Positions 26,751 through 36,653 of a stretch of DNA of 64,000 nt are shown in pieces. Every line of letters begins with the position of its first letter. Position 1 is the stretch's first letter. A model generated the notes under the pieces. That model ran no database searches and was not told the DNA's origin. It was given only the letters and a program-made list of their open reading frames with translations. Made by a program: the position numbers and the translations under genes. The DNA is from a virus (Duplodnaviria > Heunggongvirae > Uroviricota > Caudoviricetes): positions 1 to 64,000 of IMG/VR virus record IMGVR_UViG_3300031853_000008. One strand, 5' to 3'.

Positions 26751-28274
26751 TTACACAATATCCTTTACGGCATCTTCTATTGGCTTATATCTATCTGTAT
26801 TCAACTCATTAAGAAGAGCTTCATACGGATCAATCTTTGCCGTCATAAACATCTTCAGCAGATTCACAGAGAACCCAGAACAGAGAACCATGCCGAGATC
26901 ATTCTCCTGCATCGGAATCGTCTTATCCATGTTAAGCGACAGATTCCAGAAAACAATCTTTGGCAGCTTATAGCCATGACTCTGATATTCGTCGCTGATT
27001 TCTTCGAATAGAGTCTTGTTATATCCAAAACTTGTCCAATGGCTTCTTCCATCCCACTGCATATCACTGCAAATCACAATCATCTTCGGCATATCGTCCT
27101 GCGTCATATGATTCTCGATTGCGGTGTTCAGAATCAGTTTCATTGTCTTATAGATGTCTGTATTGGAACATTCATCTTCTGCATAAGTCTTAGCAACTTT
27201 ATCTGCCAGGGTCTTACAATTGCGGAGATCGATAAACTTCGGATTGGCGGAAAATGTAATGAATCTCCCCCGCCAAGCCTTAGAGTTATGATCCGCCATG
27301 TAAATAGCGAGTGCTGTGGCAACATCAATAGGCCTGTAGCTTCCACAGTTAGATTCCATTGACCCGCTACCATCTCTGACGACAAGAGCATCGGAGAGCA
27401 TAATATTCTTCTGGCTCTTCCATAATTCTTCCAGTACTGGATCTTCTTTCACATTATCGCGCTCCCAGTAACAACGACCACCAATATACTGCTTGACAAT
27501 CTCATGCGGCTGAAGAGCCTTTGCGTTAATCTTTGTATCGCCTTTAACAAGAGAGTCAATATATTCCTGTCTTCTTGCTTGATCGTGACGTGCGAACGCA
27601 TCTTTGTAATTGAGATTTGCCTTGGACGGAACCTTTGCGTAATCAATATCGCTCCAGTTCCCGCAAGACATCTTCTGCTCCACTACATCAAGGTACGTTC
27701 TCAGCCCTGTAAGAAGTTTTCTGTACTGGCGGGGCTGAATCCCCCACTCATCCATCGTCTTTCTCGCAAGTCTTCTTGTGTTCTTTGACGAAGTGTTTTC
27801 TGATGGAAGCCATTTGCTCAAAAGGGATACAGACTTTCCTTCTTTTGCATTTCTCACATCTTCAAGAGCCTGGTTGAGCATGAGCCTTGCCGTATCTTTC
27901 CAGACTGGAGTATTCTCTAGTGTATAAAGGCTATCCCATCTGTTATATTCTGAGACGAACTTAATCAGCTTTTTCACAACGTCTGGCTTCTGATCCGCCA
28001 GCCACGCAAGACAAGCCCGGAAGACTTTACGCTCTCCCACCCCCTCACGGATATCTCCAACATAGAAGAGATACTTTACCGCAATAAGTGGGTTCTCGAA
28101 ATAAACCTTTGCAAATTCATCCTTGATATCACTCTCGTCCATACTCCTCATAGAAGAAAGCGCGAAGTTGAAATCAAGAAGGTTCTTTCCTGATGTTTTG
28201 TATGCAACGGCACCGTTCGTGGTAAGCGTTTTCTCGTTGTTAAGTTCTTTCTTCATTCCATCATAAAAATTCAT
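26751..28274 (-). CDS. rsr: Ro60/Rsr-like ribonucleoprotein (TROVE + von Willebrand A domains)
   Basis: N-terminal TTNGAVAYKTSGKNLLDFNF TROVE-like region. vWA MIDAS VVRDGSGSM. Start MNFYDG with AAAGGA RBS. Confidence 0.6.
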   Translation of the reverse strand: MNFYDGMKKELNNEKTLTTNGAVAYKTSGKNLLDFNFALSSMRSMDESDIKDEFAKVYFENPLIAVKYLFYVGDIREGVGERKVFRACLAWLADQKPDVVKKLIKFVSEYNRWDSLYTLENTPVWKDTARLMLNQALEDVRNAKEGKSVSLLSKWLPSENTSSKNTRRLARKTMDEWGIQPRQYRKLLTGLRTYLDVVEQKMSCGNWSDIDYAKVPSKANLNYKDAFARHDQARRQEYIDSLVKGDTKINAKALQPHEIVKQYIGGRCYWERDNVKEDPVLEELWKSQKNIMLSDALVVRDGSGSMESNCGSYRPIDVATALAIYMADHNSKAWRGRFITFSANPKFIDLRNCKTLADKVAKTYAEDECSNTDIYKTMKLILNTAIENHMTQDDMPKMIVICSDMQWDGRSHWTSFGYNKTLFEEISDEYQSHGYKLPKIVFWNLSLNMDKTIPMQENDLGMVLCSGFSVNLLKMFMTAKIDPYEALLNELNTDRYKPIEDAVKDIV

Positions 28275-28297
28275 AATCAGTATCCTTTCATTGTAAG

Positions 28298-28410
28298 GAG
28301 GGCAGTGTGGGTTCGAACCACAAACATCGCCTTTCAAGAGGAAAATGTTTTGCTGTTAGCACCTATACAAGATGCGTATTTTCGTGCTCTACCATTGAGC
28401 TACTGCCCTC
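28298..28410 (-). ncRNA. Y-RNA-like tRNA mimic
   Basis: Perfect acceptor stem with G-1 (gAGGGCAG/CTGCCCT), U8A9, D arm GCTC-AATGGTA-GAGC, T arm TGTGG-TTCGAAC-CCACA. In place of an anticodon arm there is about 63 nt of extra helices. Lies 23 nt upstream of rsr. Confidence 0.5.
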
Positions 28411-28505
28411 ATAGAAACAAGACCCTTAACCCATTGATTGCCGCTAGAAGGAGATCCATTTATCATTTTCATGTGATTTGCTGCGTGGGTCTTAATATGT
28501 TACTG

Positions 28506-28811
28506 TTATTTATTTAGTTTTTCTTCTTCTTTCTTTTTGATTTCCGCTTGCTCGTCCAACCAGTTCTGAAGCTTTCTGAATACGGAAATCTCTTTCTGTA
28601 AAGGAGTCTTACCGTTATCAATCCGTTTATCGGAATTTCTGGCAAGCTCATTTATTTTCTTGTACTGGTATCCCTTTCCATTCTCAATCCTAATTCTGAA
28701 ATGGGAGATTCTTTTTTTATCTCTCTCCTGCTTAATCGCCTTATTCTTTTCACGAGTTCCAGCCGCTTCGTACTTCTTGCACCAGTCTTTATTTCTTCCA
28801 ATCTTAGACAT
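28506..28811 (-). CDS. hypothetical basic protein (101 aa)
   Basis: Lys/Arg-rich ORF, first gene after leader L2. Confidence 0.45.
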   Translation of the reverse strand: MSKIGRNKDWCKKYEAAGTREKNKAIKQERDKKRISHFRIRIENGKGYQYKKINELARNSDKRIDNGKTPLQKEISVFRKLQNWLDEQAEIKKKEEEKLNK

Positions 28812-28840
28812 ACATAAGTCCTTTCTGTAATATCATAATC

Positions 28841-28908
28841 GCAAGACCCTAATTAAATGGTTGCGGATTTCAAGTCTGCTCATTATTGGTTTTGCTGTTC
28901 GGGTCTTT
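28841..28908 (-). promoter_or_regulatory. conserved leader element copy L2
   Basis: AAAGACCCGAACAGCAAAACCAATAATGAGCAGACTTGAAATCCGCAACCATTTAATTAGGGTCTTGC. A 16-mer (AGACCCGAACAGCAAA) is identical to L1. Confidence 0.4.
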
Positions 28909-28917
28909 CTATTGTTG

Positions 28918-28946
28918 ATATTACCACATTAATTTACGCATGTCAA
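28918..28946 (-). promoter_or_regulatory. sigma70-type promoter TTGACA-N17-TAATAT upstream of L2
   Basis: Sequence match. Confidence 0.35.
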
Positions 28947-31346
28947 CCCTCTTCGGATAAAATTCTTTTTATATTTTTCAAGGGTTCAATGAGAGTATTC
29001 AGTGCTATGCCGTTTCCCCACAACTTATATTCAGCTGAGTCGGAGTGTGGCACGTCGGCACACCAGTCATCTGGAAATCCCTGCAACCTAGCACATTCTG
29101 TCGGGGTCAATCTTCTCACAATATATTCATCTTCCATTACAAAATTCCTTCCATTATTTGTCATTACATAATGTTGTCCGTGACAATGGCTCGACCCCCC
29201 CCCACAAATACAGGGTGCCAACCCATCATCGCTACATATCTGCCTTGATTCGTGTTCCCACTGGTTCAATATCATTTCCGTTCCTCTTTACGAGAACATA
29301 ACATTCCGACCCACCCCATCTGCAATCGCCGCTATATAAAGCCCCACAGATTCCATCGGGCAAGAATATTGCCTTACTTTCTACGTCCCCTCTGTTTAGA
29401 TTTATTATCTTCAACATCGCTGTTCTCTACTCTATAGGCTACTGCGTGTACCTCTGTAATATTTAAGGTGTACATTACTTTGGATTCTTTATACCCTATG
29501 CCCTGATGGGATGGGCGGCAGCCATTTCCCTCAATTGCTACAGTCTCATCAGATATCATTTTCATATCATTTCCTTTGAAGCACCATCATCCCGCCTTGA
29601 TTACACGCAGGATTTCCACCGTTAAGATCAAGGGTCCTCGATGTTTCAATCTTCTGAATCCCGCTATAAGGGTTACTCGATTTCATGCAGTTGGAGCAAT
29701 ATGAAGATATATTATAAACAAGAAATTTTTGACTCTTGCTCTTTTCTAATACTATCGGAAGGTGTTGGTGCGTCTGCGCCCTCAATGTGCCTACTACATC
29801 TTCATATACTGTCATCTGACTCCCGCCTTGGTCATCTAACACAATCATTTTTCTTCCTCGTTATCAGTACCTGATCTTGAGAAACCCCAAGTGTGGCGGA
29901 AATATCTGTCTGAATCAAAAGCCCTTTCCCGGCAGTCCCCGTCTTTCCGTTCCACATGGTATATGTATTTGCCCCCCCTCTTATCTTAAGAGTATAGGCA
30001 TCTGCTCCCTAAATATATGGCATATCATTTTTCCTTCTTTAATAGTATAGCTGGCGGATCTTTATAATCATTCCAATGAAGAGTATACGCAACATTAATG
30101 TTCCGCCATCTGCACATCTGCCCACCCTGGTCGGTCATCCAGTACTTTTTATTACTGTCTTTTTTTATAAGCACGAGTGGAGTATTGTTCCCCCCAGTGC
30201 CATATCGAGCGGATACTGTGCATGCGATATCATATGGCCCAGTAACCCTAGAATCTCCTGGGTGGCTTTCGTAATATTGTGGCTTCATGATGATTCCTTT
30301 TTATTAACAATTACTATAGGAGTCCTATTCTCAGAATTATCAAATACATTTAATGTATCTGACACTTTTGTTTCTTCCCAAAGCTGTGGCTATCCTTTGT
30401 AATGGGAATGCGCTTTCTTATGAAAAGCGTAAACCACAGACATCTGATTGTCCCCGGGGTTACTCCTTAATGTTCCGCTCACTTTTTCATAGTAGTGGCC
30501 ACCACACCTTGACATAACCCCAGGTTCGAATGACATAGGTTCTGTTAATTTTTTTTTACATCATCCTCTGTTGATAATCCGGCTTGTTTCATTAATGCGT
30601 TCTTCAAGACTTCTGGAAGTTCCTTCCCACGACTTTCTGATCTCCTCAGTATTCCAAGACACGCTTTCGGGCTTAAATAATACTTCGGCTGCTCTTCTTC
30701 CATCAAGATCTGCGACAAGGTACACTCTCCGCCTTCTTTGGGCGGTACCGCCTCCGACGTGGCAAGCGTCCAAGGTACGCCAAGCGATTTGCCAGTCATC
30801 TCCGTCCAGAACTCCTGCGTAGTGCCATTTCCCTTCTGGAGGGAGAGGTACATTGGCACATCTCTCTTTAATTTGCGCCACTGTTTCGAGTACTGTTCTA
30901 AAGTCTGATCCTTTGTTGCTTGAGAATATCCCGGGGACATTTTCAAAACACCAGAATCTCGGATATCTTCCATTTGTTACCTCCCTCATTTCTTTTGCAA
31001 TTCGAACTGATTCATAAAATAGTCCACTCTGCTTTCCGGCCAGCCCTTCCCTATTTCCTGCAACGGAAATATTTGTGCATGGGCTTGAATTCGTAAACAC
31101 ATCAACTGGCGGGATTTTTGCCCCATCAATCTTTGTTACATCTCCAAGCTGAATACACTCAGGAAATCGTTTTGCTTCAAGTGCTACAGGGAACGGTTCA
31201 ATCTCTGATTCCCATAATGGCTTTATCCCGACCATCTTCCCAGCCAACTCCCATGTTCCAGCCCCTGAGAAAAGATTGCCTAATGTAATTTCCTTTTTGC
31301 TCATATTCTTACCTCCTGAACCATACATTATCATATTAATATCCAT
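28943..31346 (-). pseudogene. fragmented multi-TRD DNA (cytosine-5)-methyltransferase, split over at least 6 frames
   Basis: ORF 30561..31346 has motifs I (LFSGAGT), IV (SPCTNISVAG), VI (ENVPG) and VIII (QRRRRVYLVA). Downstream fragments carry repeated TRD-like T..R..G.GGN segments and a terminal IX/X (RLTPTECARLQGFPDDW, WGNGIA) in frames 0/1/2, with at least one TAG. Confidence 0.45.
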
Positions 31347-31353
31347 CTGTCAA
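31325..31353 (-). promoter_or_regulatory. sigma70-type promoter TTGACA-N17-TAATGT
   Basis: Sequence match upstream of the MTase remnant. Confidence 0.35.
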
Positions 31354-31370
31354 GAGGTTGGAATGATAAA

Positions 31371-31673
31371 TTACCACGGAAATCCTATTTCATGTTCGAT
31401 ATTGTCTTCACCGACCCAATCAAATGTATGCTCTACATCATCATAGATATCGCATTCGCTATTCTCATCTGGCAATGCAAATAAAACCAGATTGTTAAAC
31501 TGGTCAATAACTACAAGATTATCTTCTTCGATCCTATATTCCCTAACAACCAAATTATTGAAATACGAGTCGGCATCATCGTATGTCATTGCAGTTAACC
31601 CACATTGGGTTTTCTTAGCGTCAGCCAGAGCGTTATCAAGAGCAACAATGAACTCGGTTTTCCTCATAATCAT
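31371..31673 (-). CDS. hypothetical acidic protein (100 aa)
   Basis: ORF. Confidence 0.4.
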   Translation of the reverse strand: MIMRKTEFIVALDNALADAKKTQCGLTAMTYDDADSYFNNLVVREYRIEEDNLVVIDQFNNLVLFALPDENSECDIYDDVEHTFDWVGEDNIEHEIGFPW

Positions 31674-31816
31674 TTACCTCCCCGGAAAAAGCAAACATCT
31701 GTTCGATTTCTTATTCATACTGTACTACTTCTTAACCCCTTTTTCAAGTGTCATTTGATATTTTATTAATAATAATTTTGGCTTGTCTTTTGCAGAGGAT
31801 CGCTCCCCTTTAATTC

Positions 31817-32767
31817 TCAAAAAAATACTCCGTATTTTGTCAGATATCTTTTCACTAATCCTATAGGTGCATACTGATTGTCAACCTCCTTTATATGCTC
31901 AGACATAATAAATTCCCTTACATTAGTGATTCCATATTTTTGCATTAGATTTCTCATCATATCAATGCGCCCGGACTCCCATATGTCTTTCGCCAGGATT
32001 CCTTTATAAAGCCCCGCATTATGTGAAACCCTTTTCACCCTTTTTCGGATAGATACGTGCATATGCTGAATATCGCTGTTCTTCGAATTCACAAAAGGCT
32101 TAATTATTCGTTCAGGGTCACTGTTGATAAGTGTCGCTTCCCTTGCACCAGCCCCGCCTATGCCTGTATAGACAGTCTCTTCAGCAGCTTCAAACGCCAC
32201 TGTAACCAACTTTTTTGTAGCGGCTATGGTACGTCCTTCCAACTTAAAATAATAAGAATCTCCATCCTTATAGATATCACTTGTCCTTGCATTTATCAGA
32301 TCTTTCGTCTGCTCTCCCATAAAACCTTCATAGAGGGCTAATATGATAAACTTGTCACTTGGGTTCTTCTGTTCATCCACCAAAGCATATAGTTTATCTT
32401 TCGGGATAAATTTCGATTGGATGGCATTCGGATTTAGAAATCCAGACAGATCATCCATAGATATCTCGTTAAAATGATTCTGGTTATCTTTGACTAAAGT
32501 ATTTGACAGACACCAATCTGTATATATCTTTAGTGCAGAATTCATAACGACCAAGCTATCATAAGTTGGGGTATTACAATACAAATAAAAATCCTGTATA
32601 TTCGCAACACTCCAATCACATACGTCACGCTGTTCTTTTTCTTCTAGCGGACGAGTCTTCCTAAATAGGTTTTCCAAGAAATATCCGGGGAGAGTCACTA
32701 TATTTTTTCTGTATTGGATGAACTGGCTCTTTCTGTCTTCATTATAGTAATCTGACATTGTCTTCAC
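31817..32767 (-). CDS. hypothetical protein (316 aa)
   Basis: Long ORF. No recognised motifs. Confidence 0.45.
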   Translation of the reverse strand: MKTMSDYYNEDRKSQFIQYRKNIVTLPGYFLENLFRKTRPLEEKEQRDVCDWSVANIQDFYLYCNTPTYDSLVVMNSALKIYTDWCLSNTLVKDNQNHFNEISMDDLSGFLNPNAIQSKFIPKDKLYALVDEQKNPSDKFIILALYEGFMGEQTKDLINARTSDIYKDGDSYYFKLEGRTIAATKKLVTVAFEAAEETVYTGIGGAGAREATLINSDPERIIKPFVNSKNSDIQHMHVSIRKRVKRVSHNAGLYKGILAKDIWESGRIDMMRNLMQKYGITNVREFIMSEHIKEVDNQYAPIGLVKRYLTKYGVFF

Positions 32768-32773
32768 TTCCCC

Positions 32774-33997
32774 TCATATTAATGTATTCAACTGATTTAT
32801 TACCGCTCTTCTGGGCGGTCTTGAATTAACTATCTTCTCATCAAAATCTTTTAGAATATTTATTGCATTAAGAAAAATTGTATTGTTTTCCTTACTACTT
32901 TCCTGTTCTTCATTAGCAATGACAAACATCATCGCCAGTAAAGAAGAATAAGGAATCTTTGTCTGAATCAACTCTGGGTTCGCTTCGATGATTCCGTTAA
33001 TTCCATTCCGTAATTTCGGGACCAACCCCAATACTTTCGATTTCTCTTCATTCTTAGACATTCTGTTTCTAAAATAGAAGTAATGAATCAACCCACTAAG
33101 ATCAGCAAAATCGATGATGCCGTTATTCCGGCTGACCAATCCCTGGATATCACTCAAAGGATCCTCGTTCAACCTATTCACTATAATATTTGATGAATCA
33201 TATTGATTCATTGTATCGGAAGAAACCTTTGACATCTTAGTCTTCTGGTCTTCCTGCCAAATAAACTGCTGTGCTTTGTTTATTGGGTAGATAGCAAGCC
33301 GGAGTTCCATTACAAGATCTATGTTTGGATTTTCTCTATAAGCTTTTGACATTGCCACCCATCGGTGATATCCGTCATAGATATCAAAGCACCCGGAAGC
33401 CCCAAGATTTTTAATAGAGAACTCCCCATCTGAATAGCTGTATTCCGCATCGAGAGGTAGCCCAAGTGTGATAGTATCCGGGATATACGTTCCACTCAAC
33501 ATAGCGTTTGTGATATCCTTTACGCTCCGCTTATTAAGGGTGATCCGGTATTCTTCTCTGTTCCCTTTAATGACTCTGGTGAGCGTTCTCTGTGCATTCT
33601 TATTGTAATTGACTATCCCCGCATTTTTTAATAGCATCGCCTTTTCTACAGGGATTACTGTTAAGTACTGATCATCCGCCACCTTCGCCACATTGTCGAA
33701 TATGATAGGAAATTTCAGTTTCGGAACTTTATATTTCGTGGCACGGAATGTTTCAATTTCTATATCTGTAAAATATGTATGAACCTTATCAGAATCAATT
33801 ACATCAAGTACACAGAACAATTCGTAAGAAGTGAATTCTTCTAACGATTTTCTATTATTAATGATGTCATTTGAAAGTTTTACTGGGAAGTTATATTTTT
33901 CATTCAGTTTAGAGAATACTTCTTGAGAGTTCGTTAAGCTTACTTGAACACATTCTTTTTCTAATAGCTTAATTAACTCTTCTAACGATTTTTTCAT
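32774..33997 (-). CDS. hypothetical protein with ParB/DGQHR-like motif (YDGYHRW)
   Basis: Long ORF. The single motif resembles the DndB/ParB-like DGQHR family. Confidence 0.35.
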   Translation of the reverse strand: MKKSLEELIKLLEKECVQVSLTNSQEVFSKLNEKYNFPVKLSNDIINNRKSLEEFTSYELFCVLDVIDSDKVHTYFTDIEIETFRATKYKVPKLKFPIIFDNVAKVADDQYLTVIPVEKAMLLKNAGIVNYNKNAQRTLTRVIKGNREEYRITLNKRSVKDITNAMLSGTYIPDTITLGLPLDAEYSYSDGEFSIKNLGASGCFDIYDGYHRWVAMSKAYRENPNIDLVMELRLAIYPINKAQQFIWQEDQKTKMSKVSSDTMNQYDSSNIIVNRLNEDPLSDIQGLVSRNNGIIDFADLSGLIHYFYFRNRMSKNEEKSKVLGLVPKLRNGINGIIEANPELIQTKIPYSSLLAMMFVIANEEQESSKENNTIFLNAINILKDFDEKIVNSRPPRRAVINQLNTLI

Positions 33998-34034
33998 AGA
34001 AGAACTCCTTTCTTTAAGATATTATAGCACTAAA

Positions 34035-34586
34035 TTAATATAACATTCCATATAAATCTTTATATTCTTCTCTCGTTATTTCATTATAACTCCTTGCCAG
34101 TTCATTACTAACCTTGGGACCAACATATCCTTCTATATATATTTTAGTATACGATCCATCGCTACTGCATACTTTGTATGGATACCCAGTGCTGTCCTCA
34201 ATTTGTAAAATCGCCCCATTCTCCCAATCATTATATCCAGCACACTGCCGATATTCCCAATGATATTTCTTGTTCTTGCAATCCCATTTTTCATTTAATT
34301 CATCAAGTTTTCGCTGGAGATAATTTTCAACGATTTCTCCTGTTTTAGAATCGATATAAACAGGTAACCTTGTATTCGCACTTCCAGGATACATACACGG
34401 TTTAAGTACACGCACTTCATTTTGGGTTCTGATGTTTCTTGCGATTCCTCTTCCGTCGTAATAGATTCTTGACCCACTGTTGTATGCGTCTTCCTGTTTT
34501 TTAATATCATAAGCATTATCCATTATCTTTTCTTTAGCAAGGAATCCCATGCCGATAGCTGTACAGATTGCCGTAAAAAACCACAT
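34035..34586 (-). CDS. membrane-anchored/secreted hypothetical protein (183 aa)
   Basis: N-terminal hydrophobic anchor. Confidence 0.45.
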   Translation of the reverse strand: MWFFTAICTAIGMGFLAKEKIMDNAYDIKKQEDAYNSGSRIYYDGRGIARNIRTQNEVRVLKPCMYPGSANTRLPVYIDSKTGEIVENYLQRKLDELNEKWDCKNKKYHWEYRQCAGYNDWENGAILQIEDSTGYPYKVCSSDGSYTKIYIEGYVGPKVSNELARSYNEITREEYKDLYGMLY

Positions 34587-34602
34587 TTTATTTTTCCTCC
34601 TA

Positions 34603-35565
34603 TTAAAACAGATCGTTCATAATCTTTGCTGCATTTGTCCGCTTCGTTTTATCGACTTGAGCATATCTCTTAGTACTGGCAATATTGTTATGTCCAAGCA
34701 CTTGAGCCACAAGATAGATATCTCCTGTCTTCTGGTAAAGATTTGTTCCACATGTGCTTCTCATTTTATGTGGGGTAATTTTTTTCCCAATACACTTAGT
34801 TGATTCTTTAAGCATATTTGTAACAGTAAACGTAGTAATCCTCTTCTTTGTTACTGGCGTTAAAAACAATGCGTCTGTATCCTCTTTTTCCATCTTATCA
34901 CGAACTTCAAGCCATTTTCTTATATAATTTATGGTTTTCCTTCCAAGATATACAGTTCTTTCTTTATTTCCTTTTTCGACTACCGTAATTGACCCATGCT
35001 CAAGGTCAAGATCCGCAACATTTATCTCGACAATTGACTCAACTCTCAGCCCAGTAGTGCAGCCAAGACTGAAGATAGCCAAATTTCTAGCAACAAGATT
35101 CCGTCTTGAATTCTGTGCGATAACACTCTCAACTTGACGCACTTCATCTGGAGTCATGAAAACTACTTCCTTCTTATTATTTGGATGAGGAGTGTCGGCA
35201 TCATCACATGGGTTTTCCGTGATGCATCTCATTTTCTTCTTGAGAAATGTATAAAAACTTTTTACCGCATAGAACTTCTGATGGGCGGACCCATTTCCGC
35301 TTCCGTTATCTTTTAAGTAACTAATATAATCATCAATGTCACTCGGAAGAATATCTTTATATGTATCAATAGAATTGATATCATATCCGTTCTCTTCAAG
35401 ATATTCTAGATAATGCCATACAAAAAACAGATAGCGGTACTTAGTGCTTTTCGTTTTGCTATTGAAAGATGAATTAGCGTATCTGATTAGCACATCTGGC
35501 TTGCCATCGAGAAGATTGTTTATCATCTCATCAAATTTTGCATCATGTTCTTCTCTTCCTGTCAT
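34603..35565 (-). CDS. int: tyrosine recombinase/integrase
   Basis: R..HxxR..Y catalytic signature (TGLRVES, HKMRST, LGHNNIASTKRYAQV). Confidence 0.75.
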   Translation of the reverse strand: MTGREEHDAKFDEMINNLLDGKPDVLIRYANSSFNSKTKSTKYRYLFFVWHYLEYLEENGYDINSIDTYKDILPSDIDDYISYLKDNGSGNGSAHQKFYAVKSFYTFLKKKMRCITENPCDDADTPHPNNKKEVVFMTPDEVRQVESVIAQNSRRNLVARNLAIFSLGCTTGLRVESIVEINVADLDLEHGSITVVEKGNKERTVYLGRKTINYIRKWLEVRDKMEKEDTDALFLTPVTKKRITTFTVTNMLKESTKCIGKKITPHKMRSTCGTNLYQKTGDIYLVAQVLGHNNIASTKRYAQVDKTKRTNAAKIMNDLF

Positions 35566-35598
35566 AATAATGTCCTTTCTTTAAGCATATTTTCTTCT

Positions 35599-35925
35599 TC
35601 AGATATTGATTGCATTCCCTCTTTTGTCAAGCTTGCGACCCATTCTTAAATCATTATAAATTCTCTTTATCTTTCTTTTCCCAGCTATGATATATACCAC
35701 ATTCGGGTCCTCCCCTTCAGGATGATAGATTTCTCTAAACTGTCTGCCATTAAATCGATTGAATGCCCTCTTATTACTTTCATCTATCGTGTGGTTGCTT
35801 ACCCTGTACTTCTGACCATTGAGTTTGAAGTAATAGCTATTATGATTCTTGTCTGTAATAATATGATGTTTCTTACAGAAAACCTGGATATCATGCATTT
35901 CCTCATCATATAACATTATAATCAC
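35599..35925 (-). CDS. hypothetical protein (108 aa)
   Basis: ORF. Confidence 0.4.
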   Translation of the reverse strand: MIIMLYDEEMHDIQVFCKKHHIITDKNHNSYYFKLNGQKYRVSNHTIDESNKRAFNRFNGRQFREIYHPEGEDPNVVYIIAGKRKIKRIYNDLRMGRKLDKRGNAINI

Positions 35926-36335
35926 CCCTCTTCCTTTTCGTCATCGTCTTTATGGGTTCCATAAATCTTGCCGTCTTTACCAAAGACAAGTGGAGCTTCG
36001 TTATGAACCAGTGCCCAATAATTATCATCATCCAGTAACGGATGATATGTATCACTGTAACAAGCAAAGTTCTCTTCCGTTTCTTTTGTAGCGGGGTCAT
36101 ACCGATCAATCATCCAGTTATATCCACGGAAACTGTCCTCATAATTATTAAACTCATTAATAACACTTTCAATTCTCCCCTGTAAATCGCCGTAATCAGT
36201 TCCATAAATCCTCGCCTCGTTGTCTTCAAGAGCATTGTCTTCCGCCATCTCTCTATCAGAGGTCGGGATTCTAATATCTCTCTCTTCAAGGAAATCTTCA
36301 AACGCTTCAATAATCATATCAGAAAGATTCATCAT
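35922..36335 (-). CDS. hypothetical acidic protein
   Basis: ORF trimmed to MMNLSD, downstream of the promoter at 36352..36380. Confidence 0.4.
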   Translation of the reverse strand: MMNLSDMIIEAFEDFLEERDIRIPTSDREMAEDNALEDNEARIYGTDYGDLQGRIESVINEFNNYEDSFRGYNWMIDRYDPATKETEENFACYSDTYHPLLDDDNYWALVHNEAPLVFGKDGKIYGTHKDDDEKEEG

Positions 36336-36351
36336 GTCTTTTCTCCTTTTT

Positions 36352-36380
36352 AATATACACTTCTTAAATACGATTGTCAA
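36352..36380 (-). promoter_or_regulatory. sigma70-type promoter TTGACA-N17-TATATT
   Basis: Sequence match. Confidence 0.35.
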
Positions 36381-36384
36381 TTGT

Positions 36385-36639
36385 TTACTTGCGGTTCATA
36401 AAATCAATGAACTCTGCATTTACTTTGTCTGCTTCGCCGGATTTGAAGCTTCCAAACACTACCATCAAATCAGACATATTGGGGTTTACATAATGCTCAT
36501 AAAAAGCAGCCACTCCTCTGTCCGTTACAACTGTGAAGTTGTCCTGAAGCACCCCTTCTACATAAGCTCCTGTGAAGTCAGCATTGTTCTGGTGCATCCA
36601 CTTGAAAAAGTTCATCGGGTCAAGATAGAATTTTGTCAT
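36385..36639 (-). CDS. hypothetical protein (84 aa)
   Basis: ORF. Confidence 0.4.
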   Translation of the reverse strand: MTKFYLDPMNFFKWMHQNNADFTGAYVEGVLQDNFTVVTDRGVAAFYEHYVNPNMSDLMVVFGSFKSGEADKVNAEFIDFMNRK

Positions 36640-36653
36640 AATGTACTCCTTTC

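Noticed and set aside
30545-31346. Two overlapping MTase ORFs (30561..31346 and 30545..30973) as separate genes
   Set aside because: They are successive frames of one decayed C5-MTase. Motif VIII lies in one frame and the C-terminal region in another.
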